Virus record (IMG/VR): IMGVR_UViG_3300012913_000002 | Span: 1-60,874 of that record | Strand: one strand, 5' to 3' | Length of the DNA: 60,874 nucleotides | From: a virus | Lineage: Duplodnaviria > Caudoviricetes | In this document: in pieces, positions 1-8,325 of the stretch | How the letters are laid out: the number at the start of each line of letters is the position of its first letter | How positions within the stretch are numbered: the first letter of the stretch is position 1 | The notes under the pieces: generated by a model | What the model was told of the DNA's origin: nothing | The model's database searches: none | What the model saw: the letters and a program-made list of their open reading frames with translations, nothing else | Made by a program: the position numbers and the translations under genes

Positions 1-1
1 C

Positions 2-2473
2 GCCCACACCGGAGACGGTCTCACCCCGGCAGCCTCCCCGCACCTGTTCCTCGGCACCGCCCCTTATGGTGCCTCGGCGGGCATCCGGCTCAACCGCGCC
101 ACCTACTCCGGTGGAGTCTGGACCTGGGGCACGCCAGTACTTCTCGCGACCGGCCTGGTGAACAAGACCACCACCTGCGGGGTCTGGGACGGCAGCCGGT
201 ACATGTTCGCCTGGTCCGCGAACGCCGCCAGCATCTCCTGCGTCGAATGGGACGGAGTGGGTGCCACCGTCACCCGCTCACCCCCGGCCCTGCCGGGGGG
301 TGTCGGCGTTGTGGCCGGGCTCTCCCTGGCCCATGACCCGGTGACCCACGATATCTACCTCGCGTTCCACGACGTGACCGATGGGGACGTGCGCTGGTCG
401 AAGTTCACCCGCGCCACCACCACCTGGTCCGCCTGGTCCGTGGCGATTGCCCGTGCCGCTTCCACTGTGGACGGCCAGGTTTCGCTGCCCCGGCACACCC
501 AGCGCAACACCATCCCGATGCTGTACTCCAGCATCTCCGGCAGCGTCTACACCATCTTCTCGCACCTGCTGCTGACGCTGACCCGGACGCCACCGACGCC
601 CACCCTGGACAGCCCGGCCAGTGGGGCGAAGTTGAACCTCGCGCTCGGCGGAACGTTCACCTGGACCTACAATCCGATCGCTCCCGGCGACATCGAGTCC
701 GGCTACACCTTCAAGCGGATCGCCGGGGCGACCACCGACTACTGGAACGCCACGACACAGGCGTTCCAGTCAGGCACCGTCGACAACACCACGGACCCCG
801 ACAATCCTTCGCAGGTCACCTTCCCGGCAGCGAAGTGGACGAACGGCACCACGTACACCTGGGCCGTGCGCGCCATCTCGTCCGGCGGCTCGGCGTCGGC
901 CTACACCGCAGCCCGGACGGTGGTGTCGGCGGCCAGTCCCGTGGTGGCGGTGACGGCCCCCACCAGCGTGGTCTACGAGGACAGCACGCCGCTGGTGGAA
1001 TGGACGTACTCCAGCCTGGATGCCCAGCGGGACTACGAGATCCGCATCATCCCTGAGGCTGTGGGAATCTCTCCCACGGACCCGCTCGGTGCGGTCTGGA
1101 CGTCCGGGGTGGTCAGTAGCAGCGTGGCCCGTTCCGCCCGGATCGAGCAGCCACTGACGAACAACACCACCTACCGCGCCTACGTGCGGGCAACCTCCAG
1201 CGCTGCCATCGCTTCGGATTGGATGTACTCCTCGTTCAGCATTTTCGTGACTCCTCCCTCGGGACCGTTGGTGGAGGTGGTGGATTCGATCGACTACGTG
1301 TCCGGCGTGCCCCGCGTGCGCCTGGACCTGACGGGCCGCTCCTCCTTCCTGACGGCGGATCAGGACGGTTCCTCCACCGGCTGGGAGTCGGACGCGAACG
1401 CCACCGTGGCGAACGTGGTGGAGGACCCGGGGGTGCTGCTGAACGGGTTCTCCATGACCAGTGTTGCCGCTGGCGCGATGGGCGTCCGCACGGTAGTGGG
1501 TGATCCTCCTCCGCCTACGGTGGACGAGCCAGCACCGTTGCGCCCCGTGTCTTTTCCCGTGCAGGCCGGGACCGCCTACACCCTGATGGCTTCCTTCCGT
1601 GCCAACACCACCACCCGGGCGGCCCGGGTGCGCATCCGCTGGTACGACGATGACGACGGCACCGGCTCGATCATCAGCGAGTCGGTGAGCCCCCAGGAGA
1701 ACGCCACGAACGCCGCCTACGAGTCGATCTCGCTGACGGAGGTGGCCCCGGTCGGCGCGGTGCTGGCGCGGATCGTGGTGGAGGTGCTGGGCACCGTGGC
1801 GGCCGGGGAGATCTTCTACGTCGGGCAGGTGTCGTTCCATCCTGGCCGGGTCGTTGCGTATCAGCCGGGTGGCTTCAGCGCCGTACAGACGCTACGTGTG
1901 GAACGTAGCGATGATGGCGGAGTCACGTTCGGGACGATCATCGCCAGGGTGAAACCGAACCTGCGTCAGATCGCCATTGCATATGACCGGCTGATGCCGT
2001 TCGGCACCGACGTTATTTACCGTGCCTACACTGACGTCGACCAGGGCCTCGGATCAACGCTGTCCTCGGGTGCCTCTTCGCTGGCCACGATCAACCTGGA
2101 GGCGGAACGTTGGGCGATCCGTGACGTCGACAGCGCTGACGAGGCTGAGATCTACGCCTACGTTACGGGTTTCGACCGTGGCGACGATGAGTCCAGTAGT
2201 GTGCACCGGCCGGTGGGGCGCTATTACCCAATCGTCGACACAGAAGGATTGCAGGCCAGCGACGGAACGCTGACACTGTTCGTTCCGGTGGGTGACATCG
2301 AATACGCTACGAGTGTGTTGCGTAGAACCGCAACGTTCGTGGTCCAGAACCCCACTGGCACAATCTTCTTCGCCCGCCTGATCCGGCGTAAGTATGAAGT
2401 GGAAGCGCTGCGCCACCGTAACTTCGTCATCCCCTTCGTCGAGGTCGACCCGATCCTGGGGGTGCAGTCGTAG
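2..2473 (+). CDS. Minor tail / tail-tip protein with Ig/Fn3-like and carbohydrate-binding-like beta domains (5' truncated by window edge)
   Basis: Frame is open from position 2. The protein is Ser/Thr/Ala/Val-rich with Fn3-like motifs (FTWTY, TYTWAVRA, TYRAYVRA, LRVERSDDGG) and lies upstream of other tail genes and the lysis cassette. Confidence 0.7.
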   Translation, partial: AHTGDGLTPAASPHLFLGTAPYGASAGIRLNRATYSGGVWTWGTPVLLATGLVNKTTTCGVWDGSRYMFAWSANAASISCVEWDGVGATVTRSPPALPGGVGVVAGLSLAHDPVTHDIYLAFHDVTDGDVRWSKFTRATTTWSAWSVAIARAASTVDGQVSLPRHTQRNTIPMLYSSISGSVYTIFSHLLLTLTRTPPTPTLDSPASGAKLNLALGGTFTWTYNPIAPGDIESGYTFKRIAGATTDYWNATTQAFQSGTVDNTTDPDNPSQVTFPAAKWTNGTTYTWAVRAISSGGSASAYTAARTVVSAASPVVAVTAPTSVVYEDSTPLVEWTYSSLDAQRDYEIRIIPEAVGISPTDPLGAVWTSGVVSSSVARSARIEQPLTNNTTYRAYVRATSSAAIASDWMYSSFSIFVTPPSGPLVEVVDSIDYVSGVPRVRLDLTGRSSFLTADQDGSSTGWESDANATVANVVEDPGVLLNGFSMTSVAAGAMGVRTVVGDPPPPTVDEPAPLRPVSFPVQAGTAYTLMASFRANTTTRAARVRIRWYDDDDGTGSIISESVSPQENATNAAYESISLTEVAPVGAVLARIVVEVLGTVAAGEIFYVGQVSFHPGRVVAYQPGGFSAVQTLRVERSDDGGVTFGTIIARVKPNLRQIAIAYDRLMPFGTDVIYRAYTDVDQGLGSTLSSGASSLATINLEAERWAIRDVDSADEAEIYAYVTGFDRGDDESSSVHRPVGRYYPIVDTEGLQASDGTLTLFVPVGDIEYATSVLRRTATFVVQNPTGTIFFARLIRRKYEVEALRHRNFVIPFVEVDPILGVQS

Positions 2474-2475
2474 TG

Positions 2476-2955
2476 TCAGCGCTTCTTGTACGGCCCTCGT
2501 CGGTAAGCGACAGGGTTTCTGATCAGTCGTTGCTCCGTCTCGCACGTAAGGCATTGACGCGACTGGCTTCCATTCGCTCTCAATCTGATCCGCGTATTCT
2601 CAGCACTGTAAGGGTGATTCGCAGGGCAATGCGTCTTCTTCGCGTTCCCCTTGGAGGCTCGACGAACATTCTCAGCATGGGAAACTGCTTCAAGATGAGT
2701 AGGCTCGCAGCAAGGCGGGTTCTCGCAGAGGTGGTCGACGTCCTGATCAGGTCGAGGTTCTTCCACCCAGAGGCGGTAGGCAATGCGGTGCGTCGGGGCG
2801 ATACGATTGCCCTCATCCCGAATTTTTCCATACCCCTCCTTACTGGTGATGCTGCCAGTCCACTCCAGACAGGGCACGCCGTTGTAACTATTCACGGCAC
2901 TGGGAACGCATTTGGCCAGAAGGCGAACTTCGACTGGGATCGGGTGTCTAGGCAT
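2476..2955 (-). CDS. HNH homing endonuclease (HNH_3 type with C-terminal Zn-binding 'KTHC...GH' region)
   Basis: CLEWTG...GYG...HRIAY...VDHLCENPPCCEPTHLEAVSHAENVRR, then KKTHCPANHPY...RQCLTC; lower GC than the flanks. Confidence 0.85.
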   Translation of the reverse strand: MPRHPIPVEVRLLAKCVPSAVNSYNGVPCLEWTGSITSKEGYGKIRDEGNRIAPTHRIAYRLWVEEPRPDQDVDHLCENPPCCEPTHLEAVSHAENVRRASKGNAKKTHCPANHPYSAENTRIRLRANGSQSRQCLTCETEQRLIRNPVAYRRGPYKKR

Positions 2956-2993
2956 GTGGGTACCCTACCCCAAAATTCAGGAGGGCAGTAGCC

Positions 2994-4109
2994 ATCTGGA
3001 GGACCTCGCCGGAATTCGACCTTGCGTTGCTGGAGTCGGCACGCACCTGGTCCACGAAGATTGAGATCTTCTACGGTGACACTGTCGTGGAGACGCTGAA
3101 CACGCTCCAGTCCGGCTATATCGGGATCGACGACCTGGCCGTGCGCCGGGAGGCGCACTTCACCATCAGCGACTCGGACGGCGAACTGACTCCCCGGGAC
3201 GCGAAGGATCTGCTGACGCCCAAGGGCACGGAGATGAAGATCTACCGGGGCCTGTGGGTGACGGCGGCGAACGGCGTGGCGGGGTTCGAGTATGTGCCCC
3301 TGGGGGTTTTCGGTCTGGTGGAGCCGGAAGTGCGTTCCCACTCGGACGGAGTCGTGATCGAGATCAAGGGCTTCGACCGGGTCGACAAGTTGCGGGAACT
3401 GGAGTTCACCGACCCGTGGGTCATCGCTGACGGCACGCCGATCCATGAGGCGATCTCCGACATCATCGCCGACCGGATGCCGGACGTGGCGATCCGGGTC
3501 ACCACCAGCGACTTCGTGACTCCCGAACTGGTCTTCGACCGGCTCACGTCGCCGTGGGACGCGATCAGGGATCTGTGCGAAAGCGCTGCCTACGTGGCGT
3601 ATTTCGACCAACTCGGCCAGGCGGTGGTGGAGCCGATCACCGAGGTCGACTCAGGGGTCACCTACACCCCCGGCCCTCAGTCGGTACTGATGAACGTGTC
3701 GCGCAAGTTCCTGTCGGCCGACAAGGTCTACTCCGGTGTGATCGTGCGGGGCCAGCATCCTGACTATCTGCCGATCCGGGCCGAACTGTGGGACGAGGAC
3801 CCGGCCAGTCCAACCAACTCCCTCGGGCCGTTCGGCAGGCGACCCTACGGCGTCTGGTCCGACTCCATCACCAGCGTGGAGCAGGCCGAGGCGATAGCGG
3901 AGGATAGGCTCCCTCGTGTGTCGCAGATGAAGCAGGAGGTGGAGATCACCACTCGTGGCCATCCTGGGCACGAAATCTACGACGTGATGCGCATTACCGA
4001 CCCCCGCTCCAGCACGGACGGGCTGTTTACTCTGATTTCCGGCACCATCCCGCTGGTGAACCAGCAGGGCGAGCACACCCGGCTGCGTTGCAGGGAGGCC
4101 AACTCGTGA
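2994..4109 (+). CDS. Siphovirus minor tail / baseplate hub-like protein (DUF5047-like); probable non-canonical ATC start at 2994 (first canonical start is TTG at 3027)
   Basis: LLTPKGTEMKIYRG...EYVPLGVF...GFDR, YFDQLG and NSLGPFGRRP motifs are typical of actinophage minor tail proteins; AGGAGG at 2979-2984. Confidence 0.7.
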   Translation: MWRTSPEFDLALLESARTWSTKIEIFYGDTVVETLNTLQSGYIGIDDLAVRREAHFTISDSDGELTPRDAKDLLTPKGTEMKIYRGLWVTAANGVAGFEYVPLGVFGLVEPEVRSHSDGVVIEIKGFDRVDKLRELEFTDPWVIADGTPIHEAISDIIADRMPDVAIRVTTSDFVTPELVFDRLTSPWDAIRDLCESAAYVAYFDQLGQAVVEPITEVDSGVTYTPGPQSVLMNVSRKFLSADKVYSGVIVRGQHPDYLPIRAELWDEDPASPTNSLGPFGRRPYGVWSDSITSVEQAEAIAEDRLPRVSQMKQEVEITTRGHPGHEIYDVMRITDPRSSTDGLFTLISGTIPLVNQQGEHTRLRCREANS

Positions 4110-4819
4110 AGGCGGCAGTGACGGACCTGGCTGACGCCCTGTCCACGAAGGACCCCACGACGACGATGCGGATCGGCGTCATCACCGAGATCGACACCAC
4201 CTCGGCGGCGAAAGTCCGCACGGACCAGACGGGTACGGCCTGGATCGCCCGTTCGCAGGACATCCGGCTGGCTGTCGACGACCGGGTGTGGATGCTCCAG
4301 CAGAACGGCGTCTTCATCGTCGGCGGTCGCCTGAGCGTTCCGCTCAGCAGGCCGATCGTGAAGCGCAAGGCCAACACCCAGGTCGTCACCTCATCGGCCA
4401 CTCCGGTGAACGACACCGATCTGTGGGCGGTACTGGAGCCCGGCACCTACCGGTTGCAGTTGATCGTCCACTACTCCTCCCCGTCCGACGTGGCGGACAT
4501 CCGTTCCCTGTGGGACTTCAGCGGCACTTTCAGTTCGGGCGGCCGGTCCTGCTTCGGGCCTGGCCAGATCACCACGGCTGCCGCCGGAACGGCAGCGGGT
4601 TCCGTCAGCCGCTCGTCCGGCCACGGCTTTACCACCGCAATCGTTTACGGTACGGATGCCGGGCTGACCGCCTGCGCGCTCCAGGAGGATGTGCTGCTGG
4701 AGGTGGAGACAGTGGGCACGTTGCAGTGGATGTGGGCTCAGGGCACCAGTAACGCGAATGCCACCACCGTCTCGGTCGCCAGCAGGCTCTATATCACACC
4801 GATCGAGCAAATCACGTAG
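4106..4819 (+). CDS. Minor tail protein / short tail fibre
   Basis: GTG start overlaps the previous stop (GTGA); N-terminal OB-like 'RIGVIT...VDDRVW' then a Ser/Thr-rich jelly-roll-like C-terminus (GTLQWMWAQGTSNA). Confidence 0.6.
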   Translation: MKAAVTDLADALSTKDPTTTMRIGVITEIDTTSAAKVRTDQTGTAWIARSQDIRLAVDDRVWMLQQNGVFIVGGRLSVPLSRPIVKRKANTQVVTSSATPVNDTDLWAVLEPGTYRLQLIVHYSSPSDVADIRSLWDFSGTFSSGGRSCFGPGQITTAAAGTAAGSVSRSSGHGFTTAIVYGTDAGLTACALQEDVLLEVETVGTLQWMWAQGTSNANATTVSVASRLYITPIEQIT

Positions 4820-4860
4820 ACTCAGCAGAACTTGTCGAGCCAACGGGGAGCCGGATCAAC

Positions 4861-5322
4861 ATGCCCAAGAGAGATCACGGACCCTTGAGATCAATTGCTG
4901 AAGTCATCGGCGAGTACCCGTTCTGCGTGGGCCTGACCACCTGGGGCATGGTGGTCGGGCCGCTGACAATCCTCGATCACGCCCCCTCCGCCTCGATGGC
5001 GGACCTGCCCAAGGGTGTTCAGGTGAGTTGGGCGCTGGCAATCTTCATCAGTGCCACTTCCATGCTGGCCGGGCTCATCATGCGCCGCAACAGCCTGCTG
5101 ATCGTGCGTGCGCTGGTTCTGTTCGCCACCACGTTCAGTGTGTACGGCGTGACGGTCATCTTCACTGCTGGCTGGGGTAGAGGAGGTGGAACCGCTTCCC
5201 TGATGCTGATTTTCGCCGTCGTGTGCCTGATCCGGTCCCGCTATCTGCGGGAGCATTTCAAGATCCTTAACGACGAGGCGTGCCGGAAGCATTCACCGAA
5301 CGGTGGCGGAGAGGGGTCATGA
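4861..5322 (+). CDS. Four-TM membrane protein (lysis-cassette accessory / holin-like)
   Basis: About four hydrophobic segments; lies between the tail genes and the endolysin. Confidence 0.55.
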   Translation: MPKRDHGPLRSIAEVIGEYPFCVGLTTWGMVVGPLTILDHAPSASMADLPKGVQVSWALAIFISATSMLAGLIMRRNSLLIVRALVLFATTFSVYGVTVIFTAGWGRGGGTASLMLIFAVVCLIRSRYLREHFKILNDEACRKHSPNGGGEGS

Positions 5323-5382
5323 AAAGTCTGCACCGGATACAGTTGATACTTCAAGGGATCAGGTATACGAAGGGCGGCTGAC

Positions 5383-5847
5383 ATGGTGTTCATCACGGCT
5401 GACCCTTCGGCGTCCTCAGGTCAGCCGTGGTGGGTCTACATGATCATGGGCCTGCTCTCGACGGGCTCAGGAAAGTTCATCTGGGACACCTACAAGGACT
5501 GGCGCAACCAGCCCTCCAAGGCGATGCGCGAGAGTACCGACATCGACGCATCCATCGTCACCGTCGCGCGAGCCCGGGACGAACTGGAGGCCGACAACGT
5601 CCGGCTGCGGCAGGAACTGATCGACCAGGAGTCACGGCATTCACGCGAGCGTGACCGCTGGCTGGCCGACCAGGAGAGGCTGCGGGCCGACGTGGCCCGG
5701 CTGGAGGCCCAGATCCGCACTGAACGCCAGGAAGCGAACGACCGCTACGACGCTCTGCTCCAGCAGATCCAGCGTCTGGGCACCATGACTGACGAGGTCA
5801 GTCGAAACCTGAAGTCTGACGAGGAAACCCGCAGGCATGATCTTTAG
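5383..5847 (+). CDS. Single-TM coiled-coil membrane protein of the lysis cassette
   Basis: N-terminal hydrophobic stretch (WWVYMIMGLL) followed by a long heptad-like charged region. Confidence 0.55.
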   Translation: MVFITADPSASSGQPWWVYMIMGLLSTGSGKFIWDTYKDWRNQPSKAMRESTDIDASIVTVARARDELEADNVRLRQELIDQESRHSRERDRWLADQERLRADVARLEAQIRTERQEANDRYDALLQQIQRLGTMTDEVSRNLKSDEETRRHDL

Positions 5848-5856
5848 GGAGACGCC

Positions 5857-6000
5857 GTGAGAACGGTCAAGCACAACCCGGACGACGCCGCCGAGGTGGC
5901 GGCAGTCCAGACACCACCCGGGGAACCGGATGGTGTACTCGTCGACCCGGAAAGCATTGACGGGGACGACGAATCGGTGGAGGAGGTGGTTCCCGAATGA
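5857..6000 (+). CDS. Small acidic hypothetical protein (47 aa)
   Basis: GTG start after GGGAGA; its TGA overlaps the endolysin ATG. Confidence 0.4.
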   Translation: MRTVKHNPDDAAEVAAVQTPPGEPDGVLVDPESIDGDDESVEEVVPE

Positions 6001-6905
6001 TGCTGACCCAGTTGGCGAACGTGGCCCGCCGCACTGGCTACCCGGTGATCGAGGTGCCGGGCTGGAAGACCAGGACCCGGCCGGGCGGGATGAGCAGCGT
6101 GCAGACCGTCACCTGCCACCACACCGCGAACGGCGGTGCCCGGGGAAACTACCCGAGCCTGCGAGTGGTTCGTGACGGGCGGCCCGGCCTGCCGGGGCCG
6201 CTGGCCCAGTACGGGCTCGGTCGGGACGGCACAGTCTTCGTCATCGCTGCTGGCCGGTGCAACCACGCCGGAGTGTCGCTGAAGACCGCCTACACCAACT
6301 CCAACGCGATCGGCATCGAGGCCGAGGCCGTGGGAGTGCCCGGCACCGAGGGCGACTGGCCCGCCAGGCAGATGGACTCCTACGCCCGGCTGTGCCTGGC
6401 CCTGGTGGAGGAGTTCGGCGCGGTTCAGATCGCAGACGTACTGGGGCACAAGGAGACCTGCTCCCCCAGGGGGCGCAAGTCCGATCCTTCGTTCAGTATG
6501 CCGAAGTTCAGGGAACGGATCGGCAACCTGACATCGGTGAAGAAACCCGTAAAGCCCACCCCAGCAAAGGATTTCATCGACATGGCAACTCAGGCAGAAG
6601 TCGAGGCAGCAGTCGTCAAGGGCGTCCTCAAGGTTCTCCAGACGGAGCAGATTGTCCCGAACGTTCCCACCCCGACGCAGGTCGCGGCCGACCCGAAGGT
6701 GAAGACCACCTACTACACACCGGTCGGTGCCTGGGCGAACATCGAGAAGGACCAGGACGTCGACCGGGACGCGACGAAATCGGACCGGGACAACCTCCGC
6801 ACGCAGGTGGCCGCGCTCGACTCGGCCGTGCGTGCCCTTACCACACAGGTGGCGGAACTGAGCGCTAAACTGAGCCCGCCTTCCACGCCTACCAAGGAGA
6901 ACTGA
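5997..6905 (+). CDS. Endolysin, N-acetylmuramoyl-L-alanine amidase (Amidase_2)
   Basis: TCHHTA, GPLAQY, IAAGRCNHAG, IGIEAE and VLGHKE...RKSDP zinc-amidase motifs. Confidence 0.9.
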   Translation: MMLTQLANVARRTGYPVIEVPGWKTRTRPGGMSSVQTVTCHHTANGGARGNYPSLRVVRDGRPGLPGPLAQYGLGRDGTVFVIAAGRCNHAGVSLKTAYTNSNAIGIEAEAVGVPGTEGDWPARQMDSYARLCLALVEEFGAVQIADVLGHKETCSPRGRKSDPSFSMPKFRERIGNLTSVKKPVKPTPAKDFIDMATQAEVEAAVVKGVLKVLQTEQIVPNVPTPTQVAADPKVKTTYYTPVGAWANIEKDQDVDRDATKSDRDNLRTQVAALDSAVRALTTQVAELSAKLSPPSTPTKEN

Positions 6906-6907
6906 TC

Positions 6908-7141
6908 ATGAGTGACGCCATTCCGAACTACCGCAAGAGCACGTTCTGGGCCGACTGGTTCGAGCGGGTCGCCTGGACCGCCGTCCAGGCCGGTGTCGGG
7001 GCCGTTTCCTACGCCCAGTGGGACGCCCCGCTCTGGTCGGTGCCGATCATCGCCGCTGGCCTGTCGGCCATCAAGGGGTGGGTCGCCCGTAAGGCCATCG
7101 CCGCGAACGAGGACAGCGCCAGCACGGTGCCCGGCGTCTGA
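6908..7141 (+). CDS. Holin (r1t-like)
   Basis: 77 aa, 'FWADWFERVAWTAVQA' signature, two TM segments, directly after the endolysin. Confidence 0.8.
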   Translation: MSDAIPNYRKSTFWADWFERVAWTAVQAGVGAVSYAQWDAPLWSVPIIAAGLSAIKGWVARKAIAANEDSASTVPGV

Positions 7142-7156
7142 CCCAGTCCGCACCAC

Positions 7157-7189
7157 AGAGCCCGGCCAGTCCTCCGCTGGCCGGGCTCT
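7157..7189 (+). terminator. Intrinsic terminator-like hairpin closing the lysis cassette
   Basis: AGAGCCCGGCCAG-7 nt-CTGGCCGGGCTCT. Confidence 0.7.
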
Positions 7190-7193
7190 TGCG

Positions 7194-7223
7194 TTGTCAT
7201 GAGGTTGTCAAGTCTGCTATGGT
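7194..7223 (+). promoter_or_regulatory. Promoter of the conjugation-like operon with two 11-bp-phased TTGTCA boxes
   Basis: TTGTCA(7194)-18 nt-TATGGT, second TTGTCA at 7205; GGAGG RBS before ATG 7262. Confidence 0.6.
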
Positions 7224-7261
7224 GTTAACAACATAGCGCATGACACCCACGGAGGAAACCC

Positions 7262-7543
7262 ATGCTTACGCAAGTGATGATCCTGGCTGAGCCGACGCTC
7301 AGCGCGGCCGAGACCAAGAAGTCCCTGATGGGTCTGATGCTGATCGCCATCAGCCTGGTCCTGGCCTACCTCACCCTGAAGGCCCTGCTCGGCCCGGCCC
7401 AGGGTGGCGACTACAACCGCACGCTCAAGATCGGGCTCGCCAGTGTGCTGGCGATGATCCCGCTCGGGCTCGGAGCCAGCGCCGTCGTGGCGATGGGCTA
7501 CGGCGAGGCCCTGATGAAGTTCGGCATCGGGCTGATCTCCTGA
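7262..7543 (+). CDS. Small hydrophobic protein, VirB2/TcpD-like pilin candidate
   Basis: 93 aa, two long TM segments, first gene of an operon containing a VirB4-like ATPase. Confidence 0.5.
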   Translation: MLTQVMILAEPTLSAAETKKSLMGLMLIAISLVLAYLTLKALLGPAQGGDYNRTLKIGLASVLAMIPLGLGASAVVAMGYGEALMKFGIGLIS

Positions 7544-8325
7544 TGCCGACCCAGCACGCGGACGACGCCGGGCGTCAGATCCGCCAGCCGTGGCTGGGAG
7601 CCAAGGGTGCCCGGTGGCCCTGGGACTGGACCTACAGCGAGTGGGGCCTGGCGGCAGCCGCCTTCACCATCGGCGGGACTCTGCTCACCTGGGCGATCCC
7701 CTCCGTGGTGGTGGCCTTCTTCGCCATTCGCTGGCTGGCGGACCTGCTCAGCAGGGCCACCGACAACCAGAAGCGTACCTACCGGCTCGTCGTGGCCTGC
7801 CTGGTCATGCTGTGCCTGATGTACTCGCTGGACTGGAGGACGTGGGTCAGCCCCATCTTCCTGCCGGTGGCTCTGCTGCTGTCCTTCATCATCCCCTTCC
7901 GGGCGGTGAAGTTGTGGGGCCGCTACATCACCTGGAACCGGCCGATCGGCTACTGGATGCGGCTGCCGTTCCAGGTCGCTCGCGGCCCCCGGCGTAACCG
8001 GCAGCGGATCATCGACCCGACCCCGCTGGCCATGAACCTGGAAGGCCTCAGCGACGAGACCGACGAGATCAAGCCGGGCCGGATCGTGACCGTCCCCCGG
8101 CCGAAGTGGGGCACTCCTTCACCGAAGCCCCGCGCGACGGTGCAGGACAAGCCGGTCGTCAAGGCGAAGATCAGCAAGGCTCCGAAGCGCCCGGCCAAGG
8201 TGCCGATGCGTGAGCGCAGCCCGCTGAAGCCGAGCGCCACCCCGAGAAAACGCCCCCGCCTCATCGAGCGCACGCCGCAGGGCATCCGCGTCGGCAAGAC
8301 CGAGTACCGCCTGGAGGACTACTGA
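7543..8325 (+). CDS. Membrane protein, VirB3/TcpE/PrgI-like position
   Basis: Trp-rich TM N-half and Pro/Lys/Arg-rich tail; translationally coupled immediately upstream of the ATPase. Confidence 0.45.
   Translation: MPTQHADDAGRQIRQPWLGAKGARWPWDWTYSEWGLAAAAFTIGGTLLTWAIPSVVVAFFAIRWLADLLSRATDNQKRTYRLVVACLVMLCLMYSLDWRTWVSPIFLPVALLLSFIIPFRAVKLWGRYITWNRPIGYWMRLPFQVARGPRRNRQRIIDPTPLAMNLEGLSDETDEIKPGRIVTVPRPKWGTPSPKPRATVQDKPVVKAKISKAPKRPAKVPMRERSPLKPSATPRKRPRLIERTPQGIRVGKTEYRLEDY

Noticed and set aside
2473-2991. 172-aa plus-strand ORF as a tail gene
   Set aside because: It is the antisense shadow of the HNH gene, which carries the recognisable motifs.
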